Positions 8,950-17,516 of a stretch of 64,000 bases of DNA are shown in pieces. Location of the stretch: the NCBI GenBank assembly GCA_018436855.1, contig JAHDKO010000029.1, positions 13,157-77,156 on the forward strand, written 5' to 3'. Both the position numbers and the translations under genes were made by a program. Numbering within the stretch: the first letter of the stretch is position 1; every line of letters starts with the position of its first letter. Below the pieces are notes generated by a model. It was not told where the DNA came from and searched no databases. It worked only from the letters and a program-made list of their open reading frames with translations. The stretch is from Deltaproteobacteria bacterium. Lineage in GTDB: Bacteria > Desulfobacterota > Desulfomonilia > UBA1062.

Positions 8950-10143
8950 TCAATCCGCATCCCCGGCCGCGCGCGCCGGGTGATTTCCGGCCATCCCGAA
9001 CCCTGCGAGCAGATGATCAACGATCCGCCCGGCAGCCTTGCCGTCACCGTAGGGGTTGTGGGCAAAGCTCATTCGCCCGTACAAAACCTTGTCCCGCAAA
9101 AGGCGGTCAACCTCGCGGAAGATCTTCTCCCTGTCGGTTCCTGCCAGCCTCACCGTGCCCGCCTCCACCGCCTCGGGCCGCTCGGTGACCTCGCGCATGA
9201 CAATGACCGGCTTGCCCAGACTCGGCGCCTCTTCCTGAATTCCCCCCGAATCCGTCAGGACGAGATATGCCCGGCTCATGAGCGCCACGAAAGGCTCGTA
9301 GTCCAGGGGGGGCAGGAGAAGGATGTTGCCCCTGTTCCCGATGATCCGGTGCACGGGCTCGAACACGCTGGGATTGAGGTGTACGGGGTAGACAAAGAAG
9401 ACATCGGGCCAATGCCGTGCAAGATCGGATACGGCCAGGCAGATATTCTCCAGGCCCTGCCCGAAGCTCTCCCTCCGGTGGCCCGTGACCAGCACGATCC
9501 TGTCCGTGTCTTTCAGCCCGTCCAGGGGCCCGAGCTCTGCGGCGTACCGGGAAAGCGGGCCCGCATGACCTTTTCCGATCCGGCGAGCGGTGTACCGGAG
9601 GGCATCGATCACCGTGTTGCCGGTGACCAGGATGTTTTCGGGCGGGATGTTCTCCCTGATCAGGTTCGCCCTTGCGGTTTCCGTGGGCGCGAAATGCAGG
9701 CCTGCCACGGCCCCGGCGAGGCGGCGGTTCATCTCCTCGGGGAACGGGCGGTATTTGTCATGGGTGCGGAGACCGGCCTCCACGTGCCCCACGGGTATGC
9801 GCCGGTAATATGCGGCCAGGGCCGCGGCAAAGGTGGTGGTGGTGTCACCGTGGACCAGGACCATGTCCGGACGGGCGCGATCCAGCACCTCGCCCGCGCG
9901 TTCCAGAATCCGCGCGGTCAGGGTGGAGAGGCTCTGACCGGGCAGCATGACGTTCAGGTCAAAGTCCGGAACGATGCCGAACAGGACGAGCACCTGGTCC
10001 AGCATCCGCCGGTGCTGGGCCGTGACGCACACCAGCGGCTCGACCGGACATCCTCCGGCCTTTCTCCTGTTGAGCTCCAGGACCACGGGCGCCATCTTCA
10101 CGGCCTCGGGCCTGGTTCCGAAAACAAGCATGATTCTGATCAT
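8950..10143 (-). CDS. wecB: UDP-N-acetylglucosamine 2-epimerase, non-hydrolysing
   Basis: Classic WecB/MnaA sequence: [20 protein letters not shown]..., [47 protein letters not shown]. Confidence 0.9.
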   Translation of the reverse strand: MIRIMLVFGTRPEAVKMAPVVLELNRRKAGGCPVEPLVCVTAQHRRMLDQVLVLFGIVPDFDLNVMLPGQSLSTLTARILERAGEVLDRARPDMVLVHGDTTTTFAAALAAYYRRIPVGHVEAGLRTHDKYRPFPEEMNRRLAGAVAGLHFAPTETARANLIRENIPPENILVTGNTVIDALRYTARRIGKGHAGPLSRYAAELGPLDGLKDTDRIVLVTGHRRESFGQGLENICLAVSDLARHWPDVFFVYPVHLNPSVFEPVHRIIGNRGNILLLPPLDYEPFVALMSRAYLVLTDSGGIQEEAPSLGKPVIVMREVTERPEAVEAGTVRLAGTDREKIFREVDRLLRDKVLYGRMSFAHNPYGDGKAAGRIVDHLLAGFGMAGNHPARAAGDAD

Positions 10144-10184
10144 ACGGCACCCGCCTTTTCCCGGACTCGGGTCTTGCCCCGTCC

Positions 10185-11033
10185 CTATCCCGGTTCGGGA
10201 TCATCCCCCCGGACAACCCTGCACAGGGACAGCAGCAGGAAGAGCGACACGAGATAGATCATGAGTCCGGCATATTCATGGAAAAAACCCTCTGCGACCG
10301 CACTCCCGTAGAAGTGCGCCAGAACGCCCGTGGCCACCACTCTCACCGCGTTGGCGAACACGGTAATGGGAATCACCAGCAGGATGACCAGGGCCCTCTT
10401 CCAGTTCTTTTTGAGCATGATGCAGGCCACGACCGACCCGATGGCGAAAAGGGAGATCAGCGAGCGAATGCCGCTGCAGGCATCGGCCACCTCCAGGGTC
10501 GTGTTCGCCAGGTGCACGAGGTTTCCCTCGCGAAGGACCGGTATGTGGAGCAGGGTGAGGCTCATTGCGGCGCAGCAGGAGGTGAAGAGCTTCAGGGGAA
10601 AGGCGATGCTGTCGTAGAGCATGTAGGGTATGGGGATCATGAACATGAGAAAGGCCAGTGCCGGAGATACAGACTTGAGCATGCCCCTGCCGAAAAAGAG
10701 CAGCACCATGCCGGCCATTACCACGAGCAGTGAAAACCGCTGCAGAAAGAGCTCGGCGCCCGCGCGCCCGGCCACCAGCATGGCCAGGCCCGCCCCCATG
10801 AGCACCAGCCCCGGGAACGAGGGCCTTTTTATCCGGTTCAACCGGACCAGATGCGCCCTCTTGCGCCAGAGAAGGTAGAGGGAGACAACCGGCACCACGA
10901 AGCCGTGGGAGTAGTTGGGGTCCTTCCACCAGTCGAAGACGAGCTTGAGCAGAACTTCGTGGTATACGAGCACCACGAGCGCGATCAGGCCAAGGACTTT
11001 CAGATAGGGCATCACAATTGTCAGGGGAGACAC
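10185..11033 (-). CDS. exosortase, XrtA/EpsH-like, copy 1
   Basis: 282 aa polytopic membrane protein with the exosortase motifs [23 protein letters not shown] and NAVRV. It overlaps the downstream EpsI gene. The ORF-track start is a GTG, so the start is uncertain. Confidence 0.85.
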   Translation of the reverse strand: MSPLTIVMPYLKVLGLIALVVLVYHEVLLKLVFDWWKDPNYSHGFVVPVVSLYLLWRKRAHLVRLNRIKRPSFPGLVLMGAGLAMLVAGRAGAELFLQRFSLLVVMAGMVLLFFGRGMLKSVSPALAFLMFMIPIPYMLYDSIAFPLKLFTSCCAAMSLTLLHIPVLREGNLVHLANTTLEVADACSGIRSLISLFAIGSVVACIMLKKNWKRALVILLVIPITVFANAVRVVATGVLAHFYGSAVAEGFFHEYAGLMIYLVSLFLLLSLCRVVRGDDPEPG

Positions 11034-11662
11034 TGCATCATGTGGGGGTACAGGCGGGAGGCAAACGCCTGCAGGCGTTCCTCGGCCTCGGGCACGGACA
11101 GGGCTGCATCCGTGGAGATGCGCACCAGCGCGCCGTCGTTCCTCCCCAGGACTATGGTGTCAAGAATCAGATAGAGCTTTTCGCGGTATTCGCTGGTGAT
11201 CACCCTGCCCCTGGACTGAAACCAGTAGTACACCACCTGCATGCCATCGTCCTTGCGGATCAGGAGCCTGTTCACGGGGATTTCCCCGCCGGGCGCCGGG
11301 GCCAGTGGGATAACCCTTGTCTCGCAGGACGCCACCTCCCATCCGCTTCCCGTATAACAGCGGCGCGGCGAATGAATGGTGCGGCCCACGCCCTGGCGGC
11401 TGTAAAACCCGATGTACACCGATACCGGCGGACGATCGGGTGCTGCATACGCCCGCATGATGTACTGATCGACCCCGGCGTTCTCCAGGGTGCCGGCATC
11501 GAAGGTCATGGAGATTCCGCTCCATGTATCCAGCGTCAAGGGAATATCCTCCAGCGCCCTGACAAGCGGGGTCTGTCCGGCCCTGTCCATGGCCTGCAGG
11601 CACCCCATGGTGATCAGGAGCAGGATCACCGCCCCCGGGAAGTGAAGACTTATTTTCATCAT
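11021..11662 (-). CDS. EpsI-family exosortase-associated periplasmic protein, copy 1
   Basis: 213 aa with signal peptide MMKISLHFPGAVILLLITMGCLQA and a CYTGSGWEV block as in EpsI (the methanolan locus partner of EpsH). It sits directly upstream of the exosortase and overlaps it. Confidence 0.75.
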   Translation of the reverse strand: MMKISLHFPGAVILLLITMGCLQAMDRAGQTPLVRALEDIPLTLDTWSGISMTFDAGTLENAGVDQYIMRAYAAPDRPPVSVYIGFYSRQGVGRTIHSPRRCYTGSGWEVASCETRVIPLAPAPGGEIPVNRLLIRKDDGMQVVYYWFQSRGRVITSEYREKLYLILDTIVLGRNDGALVRISTDAALSVPEAEERLQAFASRLYPHMMQCLP

Positions 11663-12029
11663 TCGGCAATCACTCTCTCAACTGGGCACCGGCTGTTCAG
11701 TGGGCATCGGGCTGAAGTCTCTCTGGTGGCCGTCACCTTCAATCCGGGGCGAAGGCATCGGCCATTGCCCGCATTTTGCGCCTCGCCAGCCGTATCGCGC
11801 GGCCGGTCCGAAAGCGCTCTCAGGGCATTACATGGTGTTCTTCAGGAAGGGCGCCCCCTGGACCGGGGTGAAAGCTCCGCTACGGCAGGTGAAAAAACCC
11901 CCTTCAAGCTTACCAATACGACAGCATATTCGTTTCCAACGGTATCAAAATATATAGATAGAAAGATCGAGATCAATCACAAGTGGCAAGTGTCCTAAAA
12001 AACCGTCTTCACGCTCGCCTTCCGGCCCC

Positions 12030-12707
12030 TCATGCGCCCCCGGCGGCACGCAGCCCGGCTTCCTGGACCGCTACGGGGAGTGCCTTCTCCACCCCTTCGA
12101 GGATCGGCCTGTTTTTTTCACGGTTGAACCGGATGAAATCCCTGCTCGATTCGTAGTTGATGATCCGGGCGGGGACGCCCAGCACCACGGCGTTGTCCGG
12201 GATGGATTTCGACACCACGGAATTGGCGCCCACCACCACGTTGCTGCCTATGGTGATCTTCCCCACGATCTTTGCCCCGGGCGCGATGTACACGCAGTCG
12301 CCGATGCACCTCGGACGGCCCCAGTTCTGGCCTCTTCCGCCGTAGCCCACGGATACCTCCTGGCTGATGTTGACCAGCTTTCCGATGGTAACTCCGCCGC
12401 CGATGAAGATGTTGCCGTAGTGGCCGATGTACAGTCCCGGACCGATATCGGCCCCGGTCTCGATGGTGATTCCGGTGCTGAGCTCGACCAGCAGCTGGAG
12501 CACGCCCCCGACGATCTTCATGACCGCGCGCATCGCCTGTGATCCGCACTCGTATTCGGCCCACCTCCTGAGCCGGTACACGGCGGTCGCCCATACCCCC
12601 TGTGTGAGCAGCAGGATCTTGATCTTGCTCAGCATCGTCACCCGGGAAACCTCGTCGGTGGGATAGATATACCGGTAGAGATCATACCGCAGATAGGTAA
12701 ACTGCAT
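12030..12707 (-). CDS. serine O-acetyltransferase-like hexapeptide-repeat acetyltransferase, CysE/WcaB-like
   Basis: The N-terminus LRYDLYRY...WATAVYRLRRW matches the CysE N-terminal region, and left-handed beta-helix repeats IGPGLYIGHYGNIFIGGGVTIGK...IGANSVV are present. Confidence 0.8.
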   Translation of the reverse strand: MQFTYLRYDLYRYIYPTDEVSRVTMLSKIKILLLTQGVWATAVYRLRRWAEYECGSQAMRAVMKIVGGVLQLLVELSTGITIETGADIGPGLYIGHYGNIFIGGGVTIGKLVNISQEVSVGYGGRGQNWGRPRCIGDCVYIAPGAKIVGKITIGSNVVVGANSVVSKSIPDNAVVLGVPARIINYESSRDFIRFNREKNRPILEGVEKALPVAVQEAGLRAAGGA

Positions 12708-12941
12708 ACCTCCTCCCCGAGAACCATATTCCCTTCCCTGCCCGAGACTGTTTCTCCCGGGTGGAGAACGGTGCCCTTCACAAAGTGTATGGACAAGCCC
12801 CTTGGGTTTTCCTCATTCCAACGCCCTTTACCGGCAGTGTTGCTCAAGGGAGTGTACATGCCCCCGGCGGCAAACAGGCACGCGGCCCTTCCGCCGTATC
12901 CAGCCGGCGAACGCGACGTGAGCCGTCACGGACGGCGCCTA

Positions 12942-13721
12942 TCAGACCATCGTGCCTTCGAAGAGCGGCTTGACCGGGTTCGCGTCCCTTTGCAGCTTCA
13001 GGTCCGTGAATATATCCGCCGTATCCTGTTTTTCATGCTCGGGCCGGAGATCGATGCCGAACTCCCTGGATATGTCTTCCGAGGCCGAGATGAGAATGAA
13101 CTCGGCCCCTCGATAGTCGAGGAGATCCGGAGGCTCGGCGCTGCCGAAGTCTTGGCCGTGGAAGGCCTGCTGCAGGTCTGCGGGAAAATCCGCCCGCTCG
13201 CCTTCACCCAGGCCGGACTCGGCGCTGCGCCCTCCTTTCCGGGGGTTCTTGACGATGATGATATAGCTCGCCTCGTCCTCGACCTTCAGGATGTCCTGGG
13301 CCTGGCCCGGCTTCTTGGGGAGCTCGAGCGAATACACCAGGTGCGTGTGGTCCTTGTGCTTGAGTATCCGGTAGAGGCCCTCCCCCACCGGCCTGGCGGC
13401 GGGCGTTCTCCCCTCTTCAGGGGTGTCCGGCCCCGGACGGGGCGATTTGAGCTCGTCGCGGATGGGCTCGGGGGCTCCGGCAACCTGGTCGATGAATCCC
13501 CAGAACCTGCCCCGACCCCTTCTGGCGGGATCGGGCAGGCGCTTGCGCCCAATGACCGCGAGCCGGTACCGAGCCTTTTCGTCAGGGCTCAAGACCATGT
13601 ACATCCTCTGAACATCGCCGAGATCCTCCGGGTGGGTCTCTCCGGTCTTCGGCCGGTAGAAGAAATAGATGTTGCCACGCTCGAGTGTTCTCACGTCTTC
13701 ACTGGCCATGGGCGGCTCCAT
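12942..13721 (-). CDS. hypothetical protein, partly low-complexity, function unknown
   Basis: 259-aa ORF with non-biased composition blocks (ERGNIYFFYRPK, YRILKHKDHTHLVYSLELPKK). It is co-directional with its neighbours and the antisense frames look like R-rich artefacts. The start may instead be at M5. Confidence 0.5.
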   Translation of the reverse strand: MEPPMASEDVRTLERGNIYFFYRPKTGETHPEDLGDVQRMYMVLSPDEKARYRLAVIGRKRLPDPARRGRGRFWGFIDQVAGAPEPIRDELKSPRPGPDTPEEGRTPAARPVGEGLYRILKHKDHTHLVYSLELPKKPGQAQDILKVEDEASYIIIVKNPRKGGRSAESGLGEGERADFPADLQQAFHGQDFGSAEPPDLLDYRGAEFILISASEDISREFGIDLRPEHEKQDTADIFTDLKLQRDANPVKPLFEGTMV

Positions 13722-13828
13722 TTCGATCGTTTACCATTATTAGTATGCTGGCATGTACGATTCTCAAGCCGGTGATACTCCATCAAAACCAGAAATGAGC
13801 TCCACCCCTTGAGCGGAAATGCCCTGTC

Positions 13829-13860
13829 CAAAAAAAAAGCCCCCGGGGTCGCGGGGGCAG
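13829..13860 (-). terminator. rho-independent terminator downstream of the secreted-protein gene
   Basis: The plus strand reads AAAAAAAA-GCCCCCG-GGGTCG-CGGGGGC. On the minus-sense transcript this is a 7-bp GC stem-loop followed by U9, and it lies about 40 nt after the stop at 13899. Confidence 0.7.
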
Positions 13861-13898
13861 AGTGAGGCATTTTAAGGAGATATCTTGCTCGAAGACTT

Positions 13899-14993
13899 TT
13901 ATCCTTTCGGGTTGACGAGCTGGACCGAAACCCCGCGGGGCGGATCCGGCTTGACGTTCGGGGCTGCCATGGTGGTGAACGAATAGCTCACCGGGTCCAT
14001 GGTGTTTCCGGCCAGGTCCTTTGCGCTCACCGCGACCGTAACGGCCGTGCCGTGGATGAAGTTCAGGGCCGGGTCGTAGGTGACGGTATAGTCGGCCGCG
14101 GTCCCGGTGATCACCGGCGTGACCGTTGTCCCGTTCACTCTCAGGGAGATGGAGCTCTTGTCAACGCCGCTGCCCGAGTCCTTGACGTGGAAGGTGATGT
14201 TCGCATCCACGGGAACCGATGCAGCGCCCGAAAGGGGGCTCACGTCGGTCAGATAGGGAGAAACGGTGTCCTGGGGCTCGGTTGCCGTGGGCATGCCGTC
14301 CCAGACTTCCAGGTCGTCGATCTGGCGCGAGAACGATCCGGGCTCTTCGGCGTCGATGGAGGGCGTGGAGATGTAATACATGGCCCTGGTCCACTTGCCT
14401 GAGCCGAAGTTGTCGTTCACGGTCAGCTTGCCGTCGTACCAGAACTTGTGGATCCCTGCGGAGAACTTCACATAGAACTCATAGCGGTGCCACTTGCCGT
14501 CGGTCTGGTTCGGGCAGTTGAGCCACCTGCCCTGGGTGAGGAACTGGCCCCTGCCCTTTGCGGAATAATAGATTGTGTCGTCGTTGCACATGGCATAGTG
14601 GACATAGCTGTCCACCCCGTCCCAGTGGGGATAGAACAGCTTCAGGTTTTCGTGGCTGTCGGTCTGTTTGAAGGTGGGGTAGCGCATCCAGAACGAGACG
14701 TAGAACTCGTCGGTGGGCCAGGGATTGGGTACGTTCTTTCTCCAGCACAGGTGGGCCTCGCTGATGGTTCCGGATGAGAAGCAGTAGCCCTTCCCGTCTC
14801 TGCCCACCTGGTTGAGATTGTATTGCGGCGGGTTCAGGACCGCCCAGTTGTGGCCGTAGACGATGAACCTGCTCGTGTCTATGGACTGGTCGTCGAAGTT
14901 TTCGTACAGGAGACGGTTGGCTGCCAGGACGTCGATACCGGTCAAGGCGATGATGACAAAAACCATCGTGGTGATCTTTCCTATGGTGCTCAA
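13899..14993 (-). CDS. secreted protein with LamG or jelly-roll-like domain plus C-terminal bacterial Ig-like domains, a possible polysaccharide lyase or hydrolase
   Basis: I infer a TTG start at 14993 preceded by GAGGGGG with an 8-nt spacer, giving the signal peptide MSTIGKITTMVFVIIALTGIDVLAA. The ORF-track N-terminal extension is R-rich and rejected. The C-terminal third has Ig-like repeats (ITFHVKDSGSGVDKSSISLRVNGT...). The gene has its own terminator and a 480-bp upstream intergenic region. Confidence 0.65.
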   Translation of the reverse strand: MSTIGKITTMVFVIIALTGIDVLAANRLLYENFDDQSIDTSRFIVYGHNWAVLNPPQYNLNQVGRDGKGYCFSSGTISEAHLCWRKNVPNPWPTDEFYVSFWMRYPTFKQTDSHENLKLFYPHWDGVDSYVHYAMCNDDTIYYSAKGRGQFLTQGRWLNCPNQTDGKWHRYEFYVKFSAGIHKFWYDGKLTVNDNFGSGKWTRAMYYISTPSIDAEEPGSFSRQIDDLEVWDGMPTATEPQDTVSPYLTDVSPLSGAASVPVDANITFHVKDSGSGVDKSSISLRVNGTTVTPVITGTAADYTVTYDPALNFIHGTAVTVAVSAKDLAGNTMDPVSYSFTTMAAPNVKPDPPRGVSVQLVNPKG

Positions 14994-15601
14994 GGCTATA
15001 ACCCCCTCGTCGTTGTTTGGACTAAAGGGCAGCAACAAGCATACCAGGCGGCGCTGGCTCCAGGGCCGGAAACACCGGCCATGCCTCTTGCCTCGGGAAA
15101 AAGGCGGGGCCGTTTTGGCCATGGATTATCACCGGTTAGACCGGCGCCGCAGCTTACCCCGGACGTGTTCCGACTCCCGGCGGGAGAAGGTGGATACCCC
15201 TTTCCTTCGCTCATGAACGGGCATTTATGTGCATGCTTCGCACAGAGGTTCAGTGGTATCAGATCGTTCATTCCCTGCATGGAAAGATGATACGGAAAAG
15301 GCCCCGTGAAACCTTCCGGGGCCTCGTGAGACGCTATCGGAGGAGGACATCCTCCTTTTTTTCTTTCCGTACCGGCTCGAAGATTTATATCCTGTAGAGT
15401 GTACAGGCAGCGGGAGAATCCTTAAAAAAAGCTGCCGTATATTTCACACCGGCATCGATCCCGCATCCCGGACTCGGGCGTGATTTGTAACATTCCGGCC
15501 ACAATTGTAACAAATCATCCCTGCCGGGTGCACCCTCCGCGGTGGACGGGGGTATCGCCCCCTGAGACCGCCTCGGGGGAGCAAGCCCGAGCGCCGGCGG
15601 A

Positions 15602-17491
15602 TCATGCCCGCTTCCCCTCGGCAGGGCCTGTCTCCCTGATCTCCTGAAAGGAGAAGTGGGGCCGGATATTGTCCTTTCTCATCCTCATCTCCAGGGTCAT
15701 GATGTTGCCGAGCTGGCTGTAATAGGGAAAGCCCGCCTCCCCTGCCTCCTCATAAAACCGGCTGTATCTGCGGGGATCGTACAGGCCCTGGGTGAGCAGC
15801 GAGGAATAGGTGAAATCTTTGCGCACCTCCGGGTGGGAGAACAGGCAGGAGAAATACCACGACGGCTGGTAGTTCACCGAGGTGTCCAGCAGGATGGTGC
15901 GGTTCAGGGCCTTCTGCACGGCCTTGCGCACGCCCTTCTTGGCATAGTCGGCGAGCAGGGGGAAAAAGGTGTGGGCATTGCCGATCGTGATGTTCCGGCA
16001 TGGTGCGCCGTTGAGCATCCTCAAGCCGGCCAGGGGCTCGGAGAGCCGGGCGATCACGCTCTTGACCAGCCTGCCGCCCTTCTTGTATCCGGGCGACACG
16101 GCGAGGACCAGGTCCAGATTCCTTTTCAGGGTGAGCGGAGCCAGGGCGCTCACGATCTGGCTGGAGCTGCTCATGGTCCTGCCCGCCCATCTCCTGATCT
16201 TCTGCCGCAGATAGAGGTTGTCGATCTGCAGCGTGTTGTAGGAGCCGTGCAGGTCCATGTCGGCCAGCGTGTCCAGAAAGACCGACTTGAGCGTGTCCTT
16301 CACACCCAGCATTCTCCGGCGCCAGGGCTCGGAGAATATGGAATGGTCGTACTCGTACTGGAGCATCCGCATGCCGATCAGCCTGTCGAGATTTGCAGGT
16401 CTCTTCGAGCCATAGAACTCCTGGATCCACCAGAAGTCGCGATACAGTTCTCCGCCCAGCCCGTTTATGGAGCAGGAGCTCTCCCTGGCCTTGTGCTCCT
16501 GGGCCAGGAGGATGGGCGCGTAGACCATAAGGTTTTCTTCCCCGTCGGTCACCTGAAGGGATTGCTCGAAATAGTCCGGGAGGATATCGGGCCAGTCACG
16601 GGGAAGCTCCAGATGATGGTTCGGGAGGCCCAGACTCTCGCAGTAGCCCCTGACCAGGCTCACCTCCCGGGACGCTTTCGGTCCGAACACGAAGGTGGGC
16701 AGCTCTGGAAAGGCCCGGTGCCGGGAAAAGGCGGCGACGAGCAGGCGCGAGTCAAAGCCTGCGGTAAAGTCGCACACCATGTTCTCCCGCGACAGGGGCG
16801 CGGTGCTCTCGATCAGGTTTTCCACCAGCAGGTCCCTCGCCCGGTCGAACGACAGGTCCCGGCGTATCTCGACCGGGCTTCTCCAGTACGGCCGGCCCGA
16901 GAGCTCCGTGACCTCGCCCGAGCCCGGGATGCGGTAGATGCAGGCCGGCTCCAGCAGGGTGATCTCCTGATAGATGGTGCCGGAGCCGTAGGTGTTCGAG
17001 GTCCGGAGAAACTGCGCCACATTGTCCGGATCGGGCGTGACCGGGAAATGCGTGGAGAGTGCCATGGACGAGGAGCTGACAGCCCAGTTCCGCCCCGACC
17101 GGCAGGCATAGACGTTGACGATGCCCGCATGGTCGGTCGCGAGCGCGAGGCTGCCGTCGATATGATCCCTGATCGCCAGAAAGAACGGCCCGTCGCAGTT
17201 TTCCATCAGGCTTTCCAGAGGGCGTTCGTGAAGGTCATGCCAGAGATCCTCCAGCGCGTCCCTGCCCGCCCGGTTGCCGTATATCAGCGTGCCCATGATC
17301 CAGACGCTTATCTTCTCGTGGGTGATGAAGTTGAAATCAACAGCGGATTTCCGGGAGAACTTCGAGAGCAGAACCTGGCCCCAGCCTTCGTCGTGAGTGG
17401 GCTGGAGCCCTTTCTGCCGGACAAAGAACCGCCGCATAGCTTCGTGATCGTCGCCCATGCGCTCTCCTACGGTTATGAGAATGCCTGCCAT
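15602..17491 (-). CDS. asparagine synthetase B-family (AsnB-like) amidotransferase homolog with a degenerate active site
   Basis: 629 aa with a strong GGAGGAGGAAG RBS. AsnB blocks are present (VWIMGTLIYGN similar to IVFNGEIYN; GPFFLAIRD...DHAGIVNVY similar to GMFAFALWD...GIKPLYY). However, residue 2 is Ala (MAGILI versus the canonical MCGI nucleophile), and the PP-loop reads TAGFDS instead of SGGLDS. Confidence 0.8.
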   Translation of the reverse strand: MAGILITVGERMGDDHEAMRRFFVRQKGLQPTHDEGWGQVLLSKFSRKSAVDFNFITHEKISVWIMGTLIYGNRAGRDALEDLWHDLHERPLESLMENCDGPFFLAIRDHIDGSLALATDHAGIVNVYACRSGRNWAVSSSSMALSTHFPVTPDPDNVAQFLRTSNTYGSGTIYQEITLLEPACIYRIPGSGEVTELSGRPYWRSPVEIRRDLSFDRARDLLVENLIESTAPLSRENMVCDFTAGFDSRLLVAAFSRHRAFPELPTFVFGPKASREVSLVRGYCESLGLPNHHLELPRDWPDILPDYFEQSLQVTDGEENLMVYAPILLAQEHKARESSCSINGLGGELYRDFWWIQEFYGSKRPANLDRLIGMRMLQYEYDHSIFSEPWRRRMLGVKDTLKSVFLDTLADMDLHGSYNTLQIDNLYLRQKIRRWAGRTMSSSSQIVSALAPLTLKRNLDLVLAVSPGYKKGGRLVKSVIARLSEPLAGLRMLNGAPCRNITIGNAHTFFPLLADYAKKGVRKAVQKALNRTILLDTSVNYQPSWYFSCLFSHPEVRKDFTYSSLLTQGLYDPRRYSRFYEEAGEAGFPYYSQLGNIMTLEMRMRKDNIRPHFSFQEIRETGPAEGKRA

Positions 17492-17516
17492 GGTCTTCCT
17501 CCTCCGCCCTGAGCAG

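Noticed and set aside
15123-15601. Possible c-di-GMP or other riboswitch upstream of the secreted-protein gene
   Set aside because: I could not recognise a GEMM-type or other riboswitch consensus by eye in either orientation. I leave it as an unannotated long 5' region only.
15656-17512. 618-aa plus-strand ORF antisense to the AsnB-like gene
   Set aside because: Extreme Arg/Gly/Pro/Ala bias, typical of antisense frames in high-GC DNA. The opposite strand encodes a well-supported protein with an RBS.
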